A program made the position numbers and the translations under genes. From Candidatus Moranbacteria bacterium GW2011_GWC2_40_12 (GTDB taxonomy: Bacteria; Patescibacteriota; Minisyncoccia; Moranbacterales; UBA11712): DNA of 64,000 bases. Where the stretch lies: assembly GCA_000995965.1 (NCBI GenBank), contig LBYD01000001.1, positions 140,923-204,922 on the forward strand, read 5' to 3'. Shown piece after piece: positions 47,921-56,469 of the stretch (position 1 is the stretch's first letter; each line of letters begins with the position of its first letter). Under the pieces are notes generated by a model. That model saw nothing but the letters and a program-made list of their open reading frames with translations. It made no database searches and had not been told where the DNA came from.

Positions 47921-48928
47921 TTAGTAATTTATCCAAGCCATTGCCGAAACCATCTGGCTCCGGCCGAGATGAGGGTTCATGTCTTTGAAAATGTTGTTCG
48001 CGTAAGCGACATTTACCCCGCCCCATTTCCAATAGGCTCCAATGCCGGCCGTTGGCCCGCTGTTGGCCCAGCCCCCATAGACGCAAAGGACATCCTTCAC
48101 GACCTGCAGTTCCGCGCCGATGAAATATTTGTCACGCTTCACGTGGCCAATGTTCAGATGCTGATAATCGGCCGCGAGGAGCAGTCGGGGCAGGATTTGG
48201 TAGCTCGCGCCCAGGCGAATCTGGTGCATATCGCTGTTCGACCGCTTTCCGGCCCACGACAGGGAACCGTCATCTTCATTGACGAGAAGCTCGCGATCAT
48301 CGTTCCGCTCCCGGCTGTAGGCATACATTCCCCCGAAATTGAGGCCACTGACCGGCTGATAGAGAAAACCGGTTTTCACCTGAAAACCCCTTGACCGGGA
48401 AATGAAAACATTTTCTCCGGCCGATGAGAAATTCAGTTTGGACATAGACAGCGATCCGCCCGCACCGAGAAAGAGCTTGTCGCCGTCACGGAGCAAATTT
48501 TCAAATGCCCGCAGGCCATACATCAGCTCAATTGTCGGAGTGTAAGCAAATTTCGCGTCCAAGTCCATCGCCGTTCCGGCTGAACCGGAGTTCGCGCCGG
48601 AAAAGTTTATTTGCAGAACTCCTTTTGGTAAAGCGACCGAAGCGCTGCCGATATGGACATTTAAATTCGGACCCCGCTTGAACATAATGAAGCTGTAGGA
48701 ATACGAAGCCCCAAACCGAATTTGGTCGCCAGAGGCAATGTTTGCTGGATTATTGGTGCTGAAATTCGGAAGCGCCACCCAGCAATTTCCCATGCCGGCG
48801 ACATCCGCACCAGGCGGAACATTGGCTGTCATAATCGACAGCGCTATTCCAAATTCCGCAGCGGGACATACATTGGCAACAGCCAAAACTGCCGCCAGAA
48901 TAACAGCCAAAGCAGTTATTTTCTTCAT
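47921..48928 (-). CDS. Signal-peptide protein resembling FadL/PorV/UPF0164 beta-barrels
   Basis: GADVAGMGNCWVA...NNPANIA hatch-like motif, alternating amphipathic strands, C-terminal aromatic WINY. Confidence 0.7.
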   Translation of the reverse strand: MKKITALAVILAAVLAVANVCPAAEFGIALSIMTANVPPGADVAGMGNCWVALPNFSTNNPANIASGDQIRFGASYSYSFIMFKRGPNLNVHIGSASVALPKGVLQINFSGANSGSAGTAMDLDAKFAYTPTIELMYGLRAFENLLRDGDKLFLGAGGSLSMSKLNFSSAGENVFISRSRGFQVKTGFLYQPVSGLNFGGMYAYSRERNDDRELLVNEDDGSLSWAGKRSNSDMHQIRLGASYQILPRLLLAADYQHLNIGHVKRDKYFIGAELQVVKDVLCVYGGWANSGPTAGIGAYWKWGGVNVAYANNIFKDMNPHLGRSQMVSAMAWINY

Positions 48929-49000
48929 TTTATCCCCTTTTTCTTGTAAATTTATTTAAGGAACAGGATTGATAATCCCGCCTTATTATCAAAACATTGT

Positions 49001-49029
49001 ATTATATATACTAAATATTTATTTGTCAA
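49001..49029 (-). promoter_or_regulatory. Perfect-consensus sigma70 promoter of the barrel gene
   Basis: TTGACA-17 bp-TATAAT on the minus strand, 72 bp upstream of the ATG. Confidence 0.85.
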
Positions 49030-49210
49030 GAATTAAAAAGGCTTATATAAAGCAAAAAAGAGCTAAAGCTATTTAATTTATCCGCTGTAACAAATATAAT
49101 TATTTAAGCTACTTTCCCAAAAACATGCGCATCAATGAATTTTTTTCTATATTTTTTTTCAGTACACCTTCCAAATAAAAAACTATTCTACTCGAGAACC
49201 TTCATATCAA

Positions 49211-49260
49211 TAAAAAAACGGTGTAGGAGATGGCGATAGCTTGCCATGCTCCTACACCGT
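49211..49260 (-). terminator. Strong intrinsic terminator
   Basis: ACGGTGTAGGAG...CTCCTACACCGT long stem followed by a U tract on the minus strand. Confidence 0.8.
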
Positions 49261-49288
49261 GAAACGCAGGTGGGCCATTGGAGCCCGC

Positions 49289-49789
49289 CTAATTAAATCT
49301 CCAGATTTTTACCAGGCGCCCGTCCCTGTATTCCTCGATACTTTTCCCCCTGACTTTTACCTTGCCATTATGCAATTCGATCCGGCTGCGATCAAGAATG
49401 CATTTGAGGACCCCCTGTTTCACGGTGAATACCTGATAGTTCAGAAATCCCCCGCTGCCGGAAACACCAGAGATAATCAACGCATCGGACGATCCGACGA
49501 TGTTCCTCGCGATGGTGACTTCGATTTCATCATCGTCAAGAGGGATCGAGGCAAACCGGATCTCAGCAGTTCTTCCATCCGGCATTTTTCCGTGGCCATA
49601 TATGTGCACCGCGTATTTAGTGGGACCCAGCTTAAACCGACGCGATTCCCCCCAGCCCACCGTGAAAGTATTGCCGTCGGCCACAAACTCTTTCGTTCCC
49701 CAGTTTTCGGCCGTTGCAGTTTGCGGAAAAGCAACCATAAATCCCATGATGACCAGCATCAAAAACAGATCAATTCCAAATCTTTTCAC
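49289..49789 (-). CDS. Hypothetical secreted protein
   Basis: GTG start with GGAGG; signal peptide ending ATA; own promoter and terminator. Confidence 0.75.
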   Translation of the reverse strand: MKRFGIDLFLMLVIMGFMVAFPQTATAENWGTKEFVADGNTFTVGWGESRRFKLGPTKYAVHIYGHGKMPDGRTAEIRFASIPLDDDEIEVTIARNIVGSSDALIISGVSGSGGFLNYQVFTVKQGVLKCILDRSRIELHNGKVKVRGKSIEEYRDGRLVKIWRFN

Positions 49790-49836
49790 GATAAACCTCC
49801 AGTAATCAATGATATGAACTCCTTTTTTATGCGCTT

Positions 49837-49865
49837 AAAATAAGCTATTTTTGAACTTTTGTCAA
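49837..49865 (-). promoter_or_regulatory. Sigma70-type promoter
   Basis: TTGACA-17-TATTTT. Confidence 0.6.
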
Positions 49866-49949
49866 GTTAAACAAACCGCTTCAGCGGCTTTTAAACTCTT
49901 TTTGGAGATTATGTTTCGATTCTATACCGGCCATTAACTTTGGGACGGG

Positions 49950-51215
49950 TCACAGTCCCGGCACAGGGAATTTCGCGCAAAAAGATTCGACTTCTTTTTT
50001 GATTTCTTTCAGTTTGCTTTCGTTTTGATCATTCTTGAGCGCCCCAACGATCCAAATTCCCAGCTTTTTCATATCATCCTCCTTCATCCCCCGCGTGGTC
50101 GCCGCTGGTGTTCCGAGCCTGATTCCGCTGGGACGAAGCGGCGGATTTGGATCGTCGGGAATAATCTGCTTGTTGACTGTGATTGATATTTTATCAAGAG
50201 TCTGCTCCGCCAATTTTCCATCAATGCCGAAACTTTGCATTGTGTTCGCGACCATCATATGGTTGTCCGTTCCATCCGTGACAAGCTTCACGCCGCTCTC
50301 CATCAGGGCCTCGGCCAGAGTTTTTGAGTTGGCGAGCACCTGTTTTCCGTATTCCTTGAATTCCGGCTCGAGCGCTTTTCCAAGCGCCGCGGCTATGGCG
50401 GCAACGGTTTGCATATGAGGCCCGCCTTGAAGCCCGGGAAAAACGGACTTGTCAATCGCGTCCGCGTGCTCTTTTTTGCACATAATCATCCCCGCTCTCG
50501 GGCCACGGAGCGACTTGTGAGTCGTCGTTGAAACCACGTCAAAACCGTAATCAAATGGATTTCTCATTACTCCCGCCGCGATGAGTCCCCCGATATGAGC
50601 CACATCCGCAAACGTCATGGCTCCGACTTCATCCGCCACTTTTTTGAAATCCGCGTAGTCATAATCGCGCGGATAAGAAGTATACCCGCACATCACAATC
50701 TTCGGCCGGCAATCTTTCGCTACTTTCAAGAGTTCTTTGAAATCAATTCTGCCTTTTTCGTCCGGATGGGTTTTGTAGCGGACAAAATTGAAAACTTTTC
50801 CCATATGCGAAACCGGCGCGCCGTGCGTGAGGTGCCCCCCATGCGAAAGCTCCATGGCTAGAACCGTGTCGCCGGGCTCCAGGAACGCAAAATAGACCGC
50901 TTGATTCATGGGCGAGCCGGACAGCGGCTGGACATTGGCGTGTTCGCAGCGAAACAGTTTTTTTGCCCGGTCTCTCGCCAGATTTTCGACGATATCCGTG
51001 TATTCCTGTCCGCCATAATATCTTTTACCGGGATAACCTTCAGCGTATTTGTTGGTCAGAATCGAACCGTTCGCGGCAAAAACTTCAGGATAGGTATAGT
51101 TTTCCGAAGGGATGAGCTCCACTCCTTTTTGCTCTCTTTTTTCTTCACCGATCAAAGCGTCATATACTTTCGGATCATTTTCTTGGAGAATCCGCCAATT
51201 CTTGTTCGCGTCCAT
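49950..51215 (-). CDS. glyA: Serine hydroxymethyltransferase
   Basis: LIPSENY, NKYAEGYPGKRYYGG, GGHLTHG, TTHKSLRGPR, FPGLQGGP. Confidence 0.98.
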   Translation of the reverse strand: MDANKNWRILQENDPKVYDALIGEEKREQKGVELIPSENYTYPEVFAANGSILTNKYAEGYPGKRYYGGQEYTDIVENLARDRAKKLFRCEHANVQPLSGSPMNQAVYFAFLEPGDTVLAMELSHGGHLTHGAPVSHMGKVFNFVRYKTHPDEKGRIDFKELLKVAKDCRPKIVMCGYTSYPRDYDYADFKKVADEVGAMTFADVAHIGGLIAAGVMRNPFDYGFDVVSTTTHKSLRGPRAGMIMCKKEHADAIDKSVFPGLQGGPHMQTVAAIAAALGKALEPEFKEYGKQVLANSKTLAEALMESGVKLVTDGTDNHMMVANTMQSFGIDGKLAEQTLDKISITVNKQIIPDDPNPPLRPSGIRLGTPAATTRGMKEDDMKKLGIWIVGALKNDQNESKLKEIKKEVESFCAKFPVPGL

Positions 51216-51237
51216 ATTGTTTTGAAAAATTAATTTC

Positions 51238-52464
51238 TTATCTCAAATTTTTCACCAAAACATCAGCTGAAAGTATTTTCCCTTTTTTCTCGCTCCTTTT
51301 TTTCACTTCCGCTCCTCCGGCTGCGAGAGATTTTTTGCTCACAACCGCGCGCCACGGAATCCCGATGAGATCCGCATCGGCGAATTTTTCGCCGGCTGAT
51401 ACGTCGCGGTCGTCGAAAAAAACTTCAATATTATTTTTTTGAAGATCGTTATAAATTTTTTCCGCTTCCTTGTCTTTTCCAAGGCTGATCAAATGAACCT
51501 TGAACGGCGCGACGTTTTCCGGCCAGATAATCCCATTTTCGTTGTGGTAGACTTCGACAATGGTTCCCATAATCCGTGAAAGGCCAATGCCGTAACAGCC
51601 CATAACAAGCATTTTTTCTTTTCCGTCAACGTCCCTGACTTTGAGGTCAAACGGTTTCGTGAATTTGTCCATCAATTTGAAAATATTCCCCGCTTCAATC
51701 GCTTTAGCTTCTTTGAATTTTTTCCCTTTGCAGGCAGGGCAGGCTGGAGTTTTGGATTTTATTTCCCTATTGATCGCATTTTGGCATTTTTCGCATATAT
51801 ATATCGTGTCTTCTCCTGCATCGCTCAAAGTTTGGAATTCATGCGAATATTTTGAAAATGTTCCGCCCGACGCAAAAGTCAGATGAGTCTTTTCTTTGAG
51901 ACCGACCCGTTTCAAAATTTTCCAGTAGGCCTCTTTTGCTTTTTCGTAGTATTCATCCAGATCTTTTTCTGTGAGATGAAAAGAATAAAGATCCTTCATC
52001 AAAAATTCCCGCCCGCGCAAAATTCCGGATTTGGCCCTAAGTTCCATCCGAAATTTGGTCTGGAATTGATAGGCGGCAAACGGCAAATTTTTGTAGGAGC
52101 TCACGAATTTTTTCATGAGAGGAGCAATCACCTCTTCATGAGTTGGCCCGAGCGCGAATTCCCGCCCGCTCGCGTCTTTCACCTTATAGAGATCGTCCAT
52201 TGCGCTCCAGCGGCCGGTTTTTTCCCAATTTTCTTTAGGATGAAGGGCCGGCATTTCAAATTCCTGCCCGCCGATGGCGTTCATTTCCTCACGGATAATG
52301 TTTTCAATTTTTTTCATGACGCGGAGCCCCAGCGGCAAAACAGTATACACTCCCGCCATCAATTTATCGATAAAACCGCCGCGCGTCAAAAGTCGGGCAT
52401 TGGCGCTCACCTCATCCTTCGGCGCGCTTTTTTGGGTCTTGGTGAAAAGTTGGGATTGTCTCAT
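51238..52464 (-). CDS. proS: Proline-tRNA ligase (short form, no editing insertion)
   Basis: MRQSQLF, LGPTHEE, QTKFR.E.R, MKDLYSF, MGCYGIG. Confidence 0.95.
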   Translation of the reverse strand: MRQSQLFTKTQKSAPKDEVSANARLLTRGGFIDKLMAGVYTVLPLGLRVMKKIENIIREEMNAIGGQEFEMPALHPKENWEKTGRWSAMDDLYKVKDASGREFALGPTHEEVIAPLMKKFVSSYKNLPFAAYQFQTKFRMELRAKSGILRGREFLMKDLYSFHLTEKDLDEYYEKAKEAYWKILKRVGLKEKTHLTFASGGTFSKYSHEFQTLSDAGEDTIYICEKCQNAINREIKSKTPACPACKGKKFKEAKAIEAGNIFKLMDKFTKPFDLKVRDVDGKEKMLVMGCYGIGLSRIMGTIVEVYHNENGIIWPENVAPFKVHLISLGKDKEAEKIYNDLQKNNIEVFFDDRDVSAGEKFADADLIGIPWRAVVSKKSLAAGGAEVKKRSEKKGKILSADVLVKNLR

Positions 52465-52472
52465 ATATTCAT

Positions 52473-52501
52473 AGAATAGAAAATTTGCGCATTTGTGTCA
52501 A
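52473..52501 (-). promoter_or_regulatory. proS promoter, implying a nearly leaderless mRNA
   Basis: TTGACA-17-TATTCT ending 8 nt before the ATG. Confidence 0.55.
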
Positions 52502-52507
52502 AGAAAT

Positions 52508-52539
52508 AAGCCCCGCCTTTTCATAGCGAGGCTTTTTTT
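52508..52539. terminator. Hairpin terminator, possibly bidirectional
   Basis: AAGCCCCGC...GCGAGGCTT flanked by A-rich and T tracts. Confidence 0.55.
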
Positions 52540-52562
52540 GTATCATTCAATCCTTCCATACT

Positions 52563-53042
52563 TCACCTGCCTGGGCGAAAATCAATGAAGCATGAATCAC
52601 GCAAGAGAATTTTTCCCGGCTGCGTGAATCCCTGGATATTTCCGCTTACAAATTTGCCCTCCCTGATTTTTTTTGCCACGACTAGATGCGCTACCAGGTC
52701 TTGAACTGAATCGTCATTTCGAGACAAGCTCCACATTCCCTCGATGATTTCAGAGATGATTTTGACAATTTCTCCTTTGGGCTGGTAATCGACGGCAAAT
52801 TCCGTCGTGAAACCTCTGAAGTCGCCCTTGGATCCGAACACTGCCATGACCAGAAACAGTTTTCCGGAAGGAAGCGTGTATGTTTTCGCGATAATTTCCT
52901 CCGTCTTGATGTTGATAAACCGGACAAGTCCGACCTCCTTCGCAAGACGTTCGAATTTTTCGGCATCTGTTTCACTCATTGCTTCAGCAATGCTTGAGAA
53001 GAGAAGCAGCGCCAAACACAAAAAAACAATTCTTTTTTTCAT
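52563..53042 (-). CDS. Hypothetical secreted protein
   Basis: AGGAGGG Shine-Dalgarno; signal peptide MKKRIVFLCLALLLFSSIAEA. Confidence 0.75.
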   Translation of the reverse strand: MKKRIVFLCLALLLFSSIAEAMSETDAEKFERLAKEVGLVRFINIKTEEIIAKTYTLPSGKLFLVMAVFGSKGDFRGFTTEFAVDYQPKGEIVKIISEIIEGMWSLSRNDDSVQDLVAHLVVAKKIREGKFVSGNIQGFTQPGKILLRDSCFIDFRPGR

Positions 53043-53063
53043 CGGCAACACCCTCCTGCGCCA

Positions 53064-53963
53064 TTATTTTTTTGAAATATATTTCTGAACTTCCTCTATC
53101 ACCCAGTCCGGGGTCGATGCTCCGGCGGTGATGGCCAATTTCCCTATATCATTAAACCAGCTTTTTTTCAACTGGTTGGCGTTTTCGATAAGATATGATC
53201 TTGGATTCAAGGATTTCGCGATTTCAAAAAGCCTTCTGGTATTGGCGCTGTCACGTCCGCCAATCACAGTCACCGCGTCGCACGTTTTGGCAAGCTTCCG
53301 AATTTCCTTTTGGCGGTTGTCGGTTGAATCACAGATTGTGTTGAAACAAGCAAAATTATTCACTCTCATTCGCTTCGCATTCGCTCCAGATTCGCGAATT
53401 ATTTTGTTTAATTCGCGAGCCAGATAATCCTTTACTTTCTTAAATTCGGCAACATTTTGAGTTGTTTGGGCAATTAGGCAATATTTTTTCAATTTATTCA
53501 GCATTATTTTTTTTGCCTCTTCAATGTTTTTGACAATCACCGCTTTATCGCGAGACCATTTCTTGATGCCTTTCACTTCTTTATGCTTCTTATCGCCGAA
53601 TATTATCACCTGAAAGCCTTTTTCGGCGAAGTTTTGGGCCAATCTCTGGGCTTTCATGACTTTGGGACAAGTCGTGTCTATTATTCTCAAGCCATTCCGG
53701 TTTGCCTTTTCATAAAGATCCGGTCCGACTCCATGCGCAGTGAAAATTATCGCCCCATCCTTTATGTCTGACAGTCGCTTGATTTCCTTGATCCCTTTTT
53801 TTTTGAGTTCGGAGCAGACATCGTCATTATGAACCAGTTTTCCAAGCATATACAATTTTTCGCAATCAAAAGAATTCATGCTCGCCAAATCATAGGCTCT
53901 TTTCACCCCAAAACAAAAACCGGAATGGCGGCCGACAGTTATTCTCAGCTTATTATTTTTCAT
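53064..53963 (-). CDS. ispH: 4-hydroxy-3-methylbut-2-enyl diphosphate reductase
   Basis: GFCFGV, VHN, AHG, DTTCP, QTT, NTIC, TAGASTP. Confidence 0.95.
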   Translation of the reverse strand: MKNNKLRITVGRHSGFCFGVKRAYDLASMNSFDCEKLYMLGKLVHNDDVCSELKKKGIKEIKRLSDIKDGAIIFTAHGVGPDLYEKANRNGLRIIDTTCPKVMKAQRLAQNFAEKGFQVIIFGDKKHKEVKGIKKWSRDKAVIVKNIEEAKKIMLNKLKKYCLIAQTTQNVAEFKKVKDYLARELNKIIRESGANAKRMRVNNFACFNTICDSTDNRQKEIRKLAKTCDAVTVIGGRDSANTRRLFEIAKSLNPRSYLIENANQLKKSWFNDIGKLAITAGASTPDWVIEEVQKYISKK

Positions 53964-54007
53964 AAATAATCTCACTGCTATATATAGCAGTAACTCATAT
54001 CAAGCAA

Positions 54008-56428
54008 TTAGGCGATTTTCACCGAAAACTTTTTTGAATTGGCAAATTTCAGTATTTTAATATTTCCCACCGCCTTCAGATCGCTTTCCATTTCTTTTAT
54101 TATTTTTTTTGTAGCGTTGTCGCAGGATATTTCCACTTTTTCAAGTTCCGTTTTCATTGAAAGTCCCCGTTCGGCTTTGTGTTTTCGCATCGCGGCGACG
54201 ATTTCAATCAATATCTTTCCGTTTTTTATTTTCTCTTTATCGAATAATCTTTCATCAACTTCCGGCCAGCCGCAAAGGTGGATTGACTTTGCATCCTTAG
54301 CGCTTTTGAAAAATGTCTGATATATTTCTTCCGTCGCGAATGGGACAAACGGGGCCAGGAGCCGCAAGAGCGCAAACAATACCGAATAGAGCGTGAATTG
54401 GGCAGATTCCCGGCCTTTCTTATTTTTCGGAATTTCTTCATAGAGCCGGTTTTTCACGATTTCGATATAATTGTCGGTGAGCTTCAGCCAGAAAAATTTT
54501 TCAATTGCCATTTTTGCCGAAGAATAATCGTATTTTTCGAAGCTTTTTGTAGCTGTTTCAATCAGAGCCTGAAGTTCCGCCAAAATCCACTTGTCCGTTG
54601 GATATATCTTTTTCGTGTCTAATTTTCTATAATCGTAAGATTTTGGCAAATTCATCATCACAAACCTTGTCGCGTTCCAGAGTTTCGTCAGAAATTTCTT
54701 CCCGGCCTGGATTTCCTCTTCGGAAAAATTGATGTTTTGTCCGAGAGTTCGTCCCGCCGCCCAAAAACGAAGCGCGTCGGCCCCGAATTTTTCAAAGATT
54801 GATTGCGGAGCGATCGTATTTCCGAGGCTTTTGGACATTTTGCGGCCTTGCGAGTCAAGCACATGTCCCGAAATCATCACTTCGCTCCAGGGTATATTTT
54901 CGAAATGATATTGCGACCGGACAACAGTATAAAAAAGCCAGGTGGAAATGATATCATGCGCTTGGGGACGCAGATTCATTGGAATCATTTTTTTGACCTC
55001 CGAATCTTTATAAAATAATTGCAACGCGAGCTCGGGAGAAATAGAACTCGTCGCCCAGGTATCCATCACGTCACGCTCGGGAATAAATTTCGAACCGCCG
55101 CATTTTTTGCATTCTTCTTTGGGTTTCGCGGAAAGCGGATCAATCGGCAAATCTTTTTCATCCGCCAGCAACACGGCGCCGCATTTCGCGCAGTACCAGA
55201 CCGGAAAAGGAATCCCAAAGAAGCGCTGGCGTGAAATACACCAGTCCCAGTTGAGACCTCTTATCCAGTTTTCAAAACGCGTCCGCATAAACTCGGGATG
55301 CCATTTGATTTCTTCGCCCAGTTCGATAATTTTTTTCTTCTGGTCCAAAATCTTGACATACCACTGCTCAGAATTGAGAATTTCCACTTCCGTTTTGCAG
55401 CGCTCGTGGATATTTAGCGAGTGAGTTATTTTTTTCTGCTCAAGCAGAAGCTTTTTTCTCTTGAGATCTTCGATGATTCTTGTCCGGGCGTCTTTCGCGA
55501 GAAGACCCGCGAACTTTTTGGCTTTTTCAGTCATCATCCCGGCTTTGTCGAGCGACACCGCGAGCGGCAGCTTATATTCCTTAAACCATTCAACGTCCGT
55601 TTTATCCCCGAAGGTGCAGCACATCACTGCCCCGCTCCCTTTTTTCATGTCCACTTTTTTGTCGGCCATGATTTCAACGCGGTTTCCGAAAATTGGAACT
55701 TGGGCTTTCTTTCCGACAATATTTTTATACCTTTTGTCATCGGGATGGACAAAAACAGCCACGCAACTGGAAAGAAGTTCGGGACGAGTAGTGGAAATAG
55801 TAAGATTTTTTTTGTTAGGCAATTTGAAAACAATATCATTGAAAAATGTTTCAGCTTCTTTGTCCTCAAGCTCGGCTTGGGCAATGGCAGTCTGGCAGTG
55901 CGGACACCAGACAACGGGAGCCTCTTGGCGGTACACTTTTTGCTTTCTATATAAATCAATGAAAAATTTCTGGCTGATGCGCCGGCAATTGTCGTCGATC
56001 GTCGAATATATTTTTGAAAAATCGCAGGACATCCCGATTTTTTTCCAGTCCTCGATGAAATCGGGAGTGATTTCTTTGAGAGTGATATTGCAAAGATCGA
56101 TAAAATCCTGCCGCTTCATTCTGCTCGCCCGGACTTTTTTGAGTTTTTCGACAAGCCTTTCCGTTGGAAGCCCGTTGTCATCGGTTCCAAAAGGAAAAAG
56201 GACATTTTTTCCGCGCATTTTTTGATATCTCGCAATGAAATCTTCATGGGTATAGGAATAGGCGTGCCCAATGTGCATTTTTCCGCTCACCGTCGGCGGC
56301 GGAGTGTCAATTGAAAAAATTTCCCCATCTTTTTTGGGGTTGAATTTGTAGACGTTATTTTTCTCCCAAAACTTCAGCCACTTCGGCTCCGTTTCGGAAG
56401 GATCGTAATGTTTGGATATTTCTTTCAT
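54008..56428 (-). CDS. valS: Valine-tRNA ligase (archaeal-type)
   Basis: DTPPPTVSGKMHIGH, DDNGLPTER, DWCISRQR, DTWATSS, KMSKS. Confidence 0.96.
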   Translation of the reverse strand: MKEISKHYDPSETEPKWLKFWEKNNVYKFNPKKDGEIFSIDTPPPTVSGKMHIGHAYSYTHEDFIARYQKMRGKNVLFPFGTDDNGLPTERLVEKLKKVRASRMKRQDFIDLCNITLKEITPDFIEDWKKIGMSCDFSKIYSTIDDNCRRISQKFFIDLYRKQKVYRQEAPVVWCPHCQTAIAQAELEDKEAETFFNDIVFKLPNKKNLTISTTRPELLSSCVAVFVHPDDKRYKNIVGKKAQVPIFGNRVEIMADKKVDMKKGSGAVMCCTFGDKTDVEWFKEYKLPLAVSLDKAGMMTEKAKKFAGLLAKDARTRIIEDLKRKKLLLEQKKITHSLNIHERCKTEVEILNSEQWYVKILDQKKKIIELGEEIKWHPEFMRTRFENWIRGLNWDWCISRQRFFGIPFPVWYCAKCGAVLLADEKDLPIDPLSAKPKEECKKCGGSKFIPERDVMDTWATSSISPELALQLFYKDSEVKKMIPMNLRPQAHDIISTWLFYTVVRSQYHFENIPWSEVMISGHVLDSQGRKMSKSLGNTIAPQSIFEKFGADALRFWAAGRTLGQNINFSEEEIQAGKKFLTKLWNATRFVMMNLPKSYDYRKLDTKKIYPTDKWILAELQALIETATKSFEKYDYSSAKMAIEKFFWLKLTDNYIEIVKNRLYEEIPKNKKGRESAQFTLYSVLFALLRLLAPFVPFATEEIYQTFFKSAKDAKSIHLCGWPEVDERLFDKEKIKNGKILIEIVAAMRKHKAERGLSMKTELEKVEISCDNATKKIIKEMESDLKAVGNIKILKFANSKKFSVKIA

Positions 56429-56469
56429 CGAAAAACATCAGTACAGTATACTGTAATACTGCACTAAAA

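Noticed and set aside
55461-56225. 254-aa plus-strand ORF (likewise 27343-28014, 25791-26393, 7070-7675)
   Set aside because: Antisense to well-supported genes; composition typical of shadow frames
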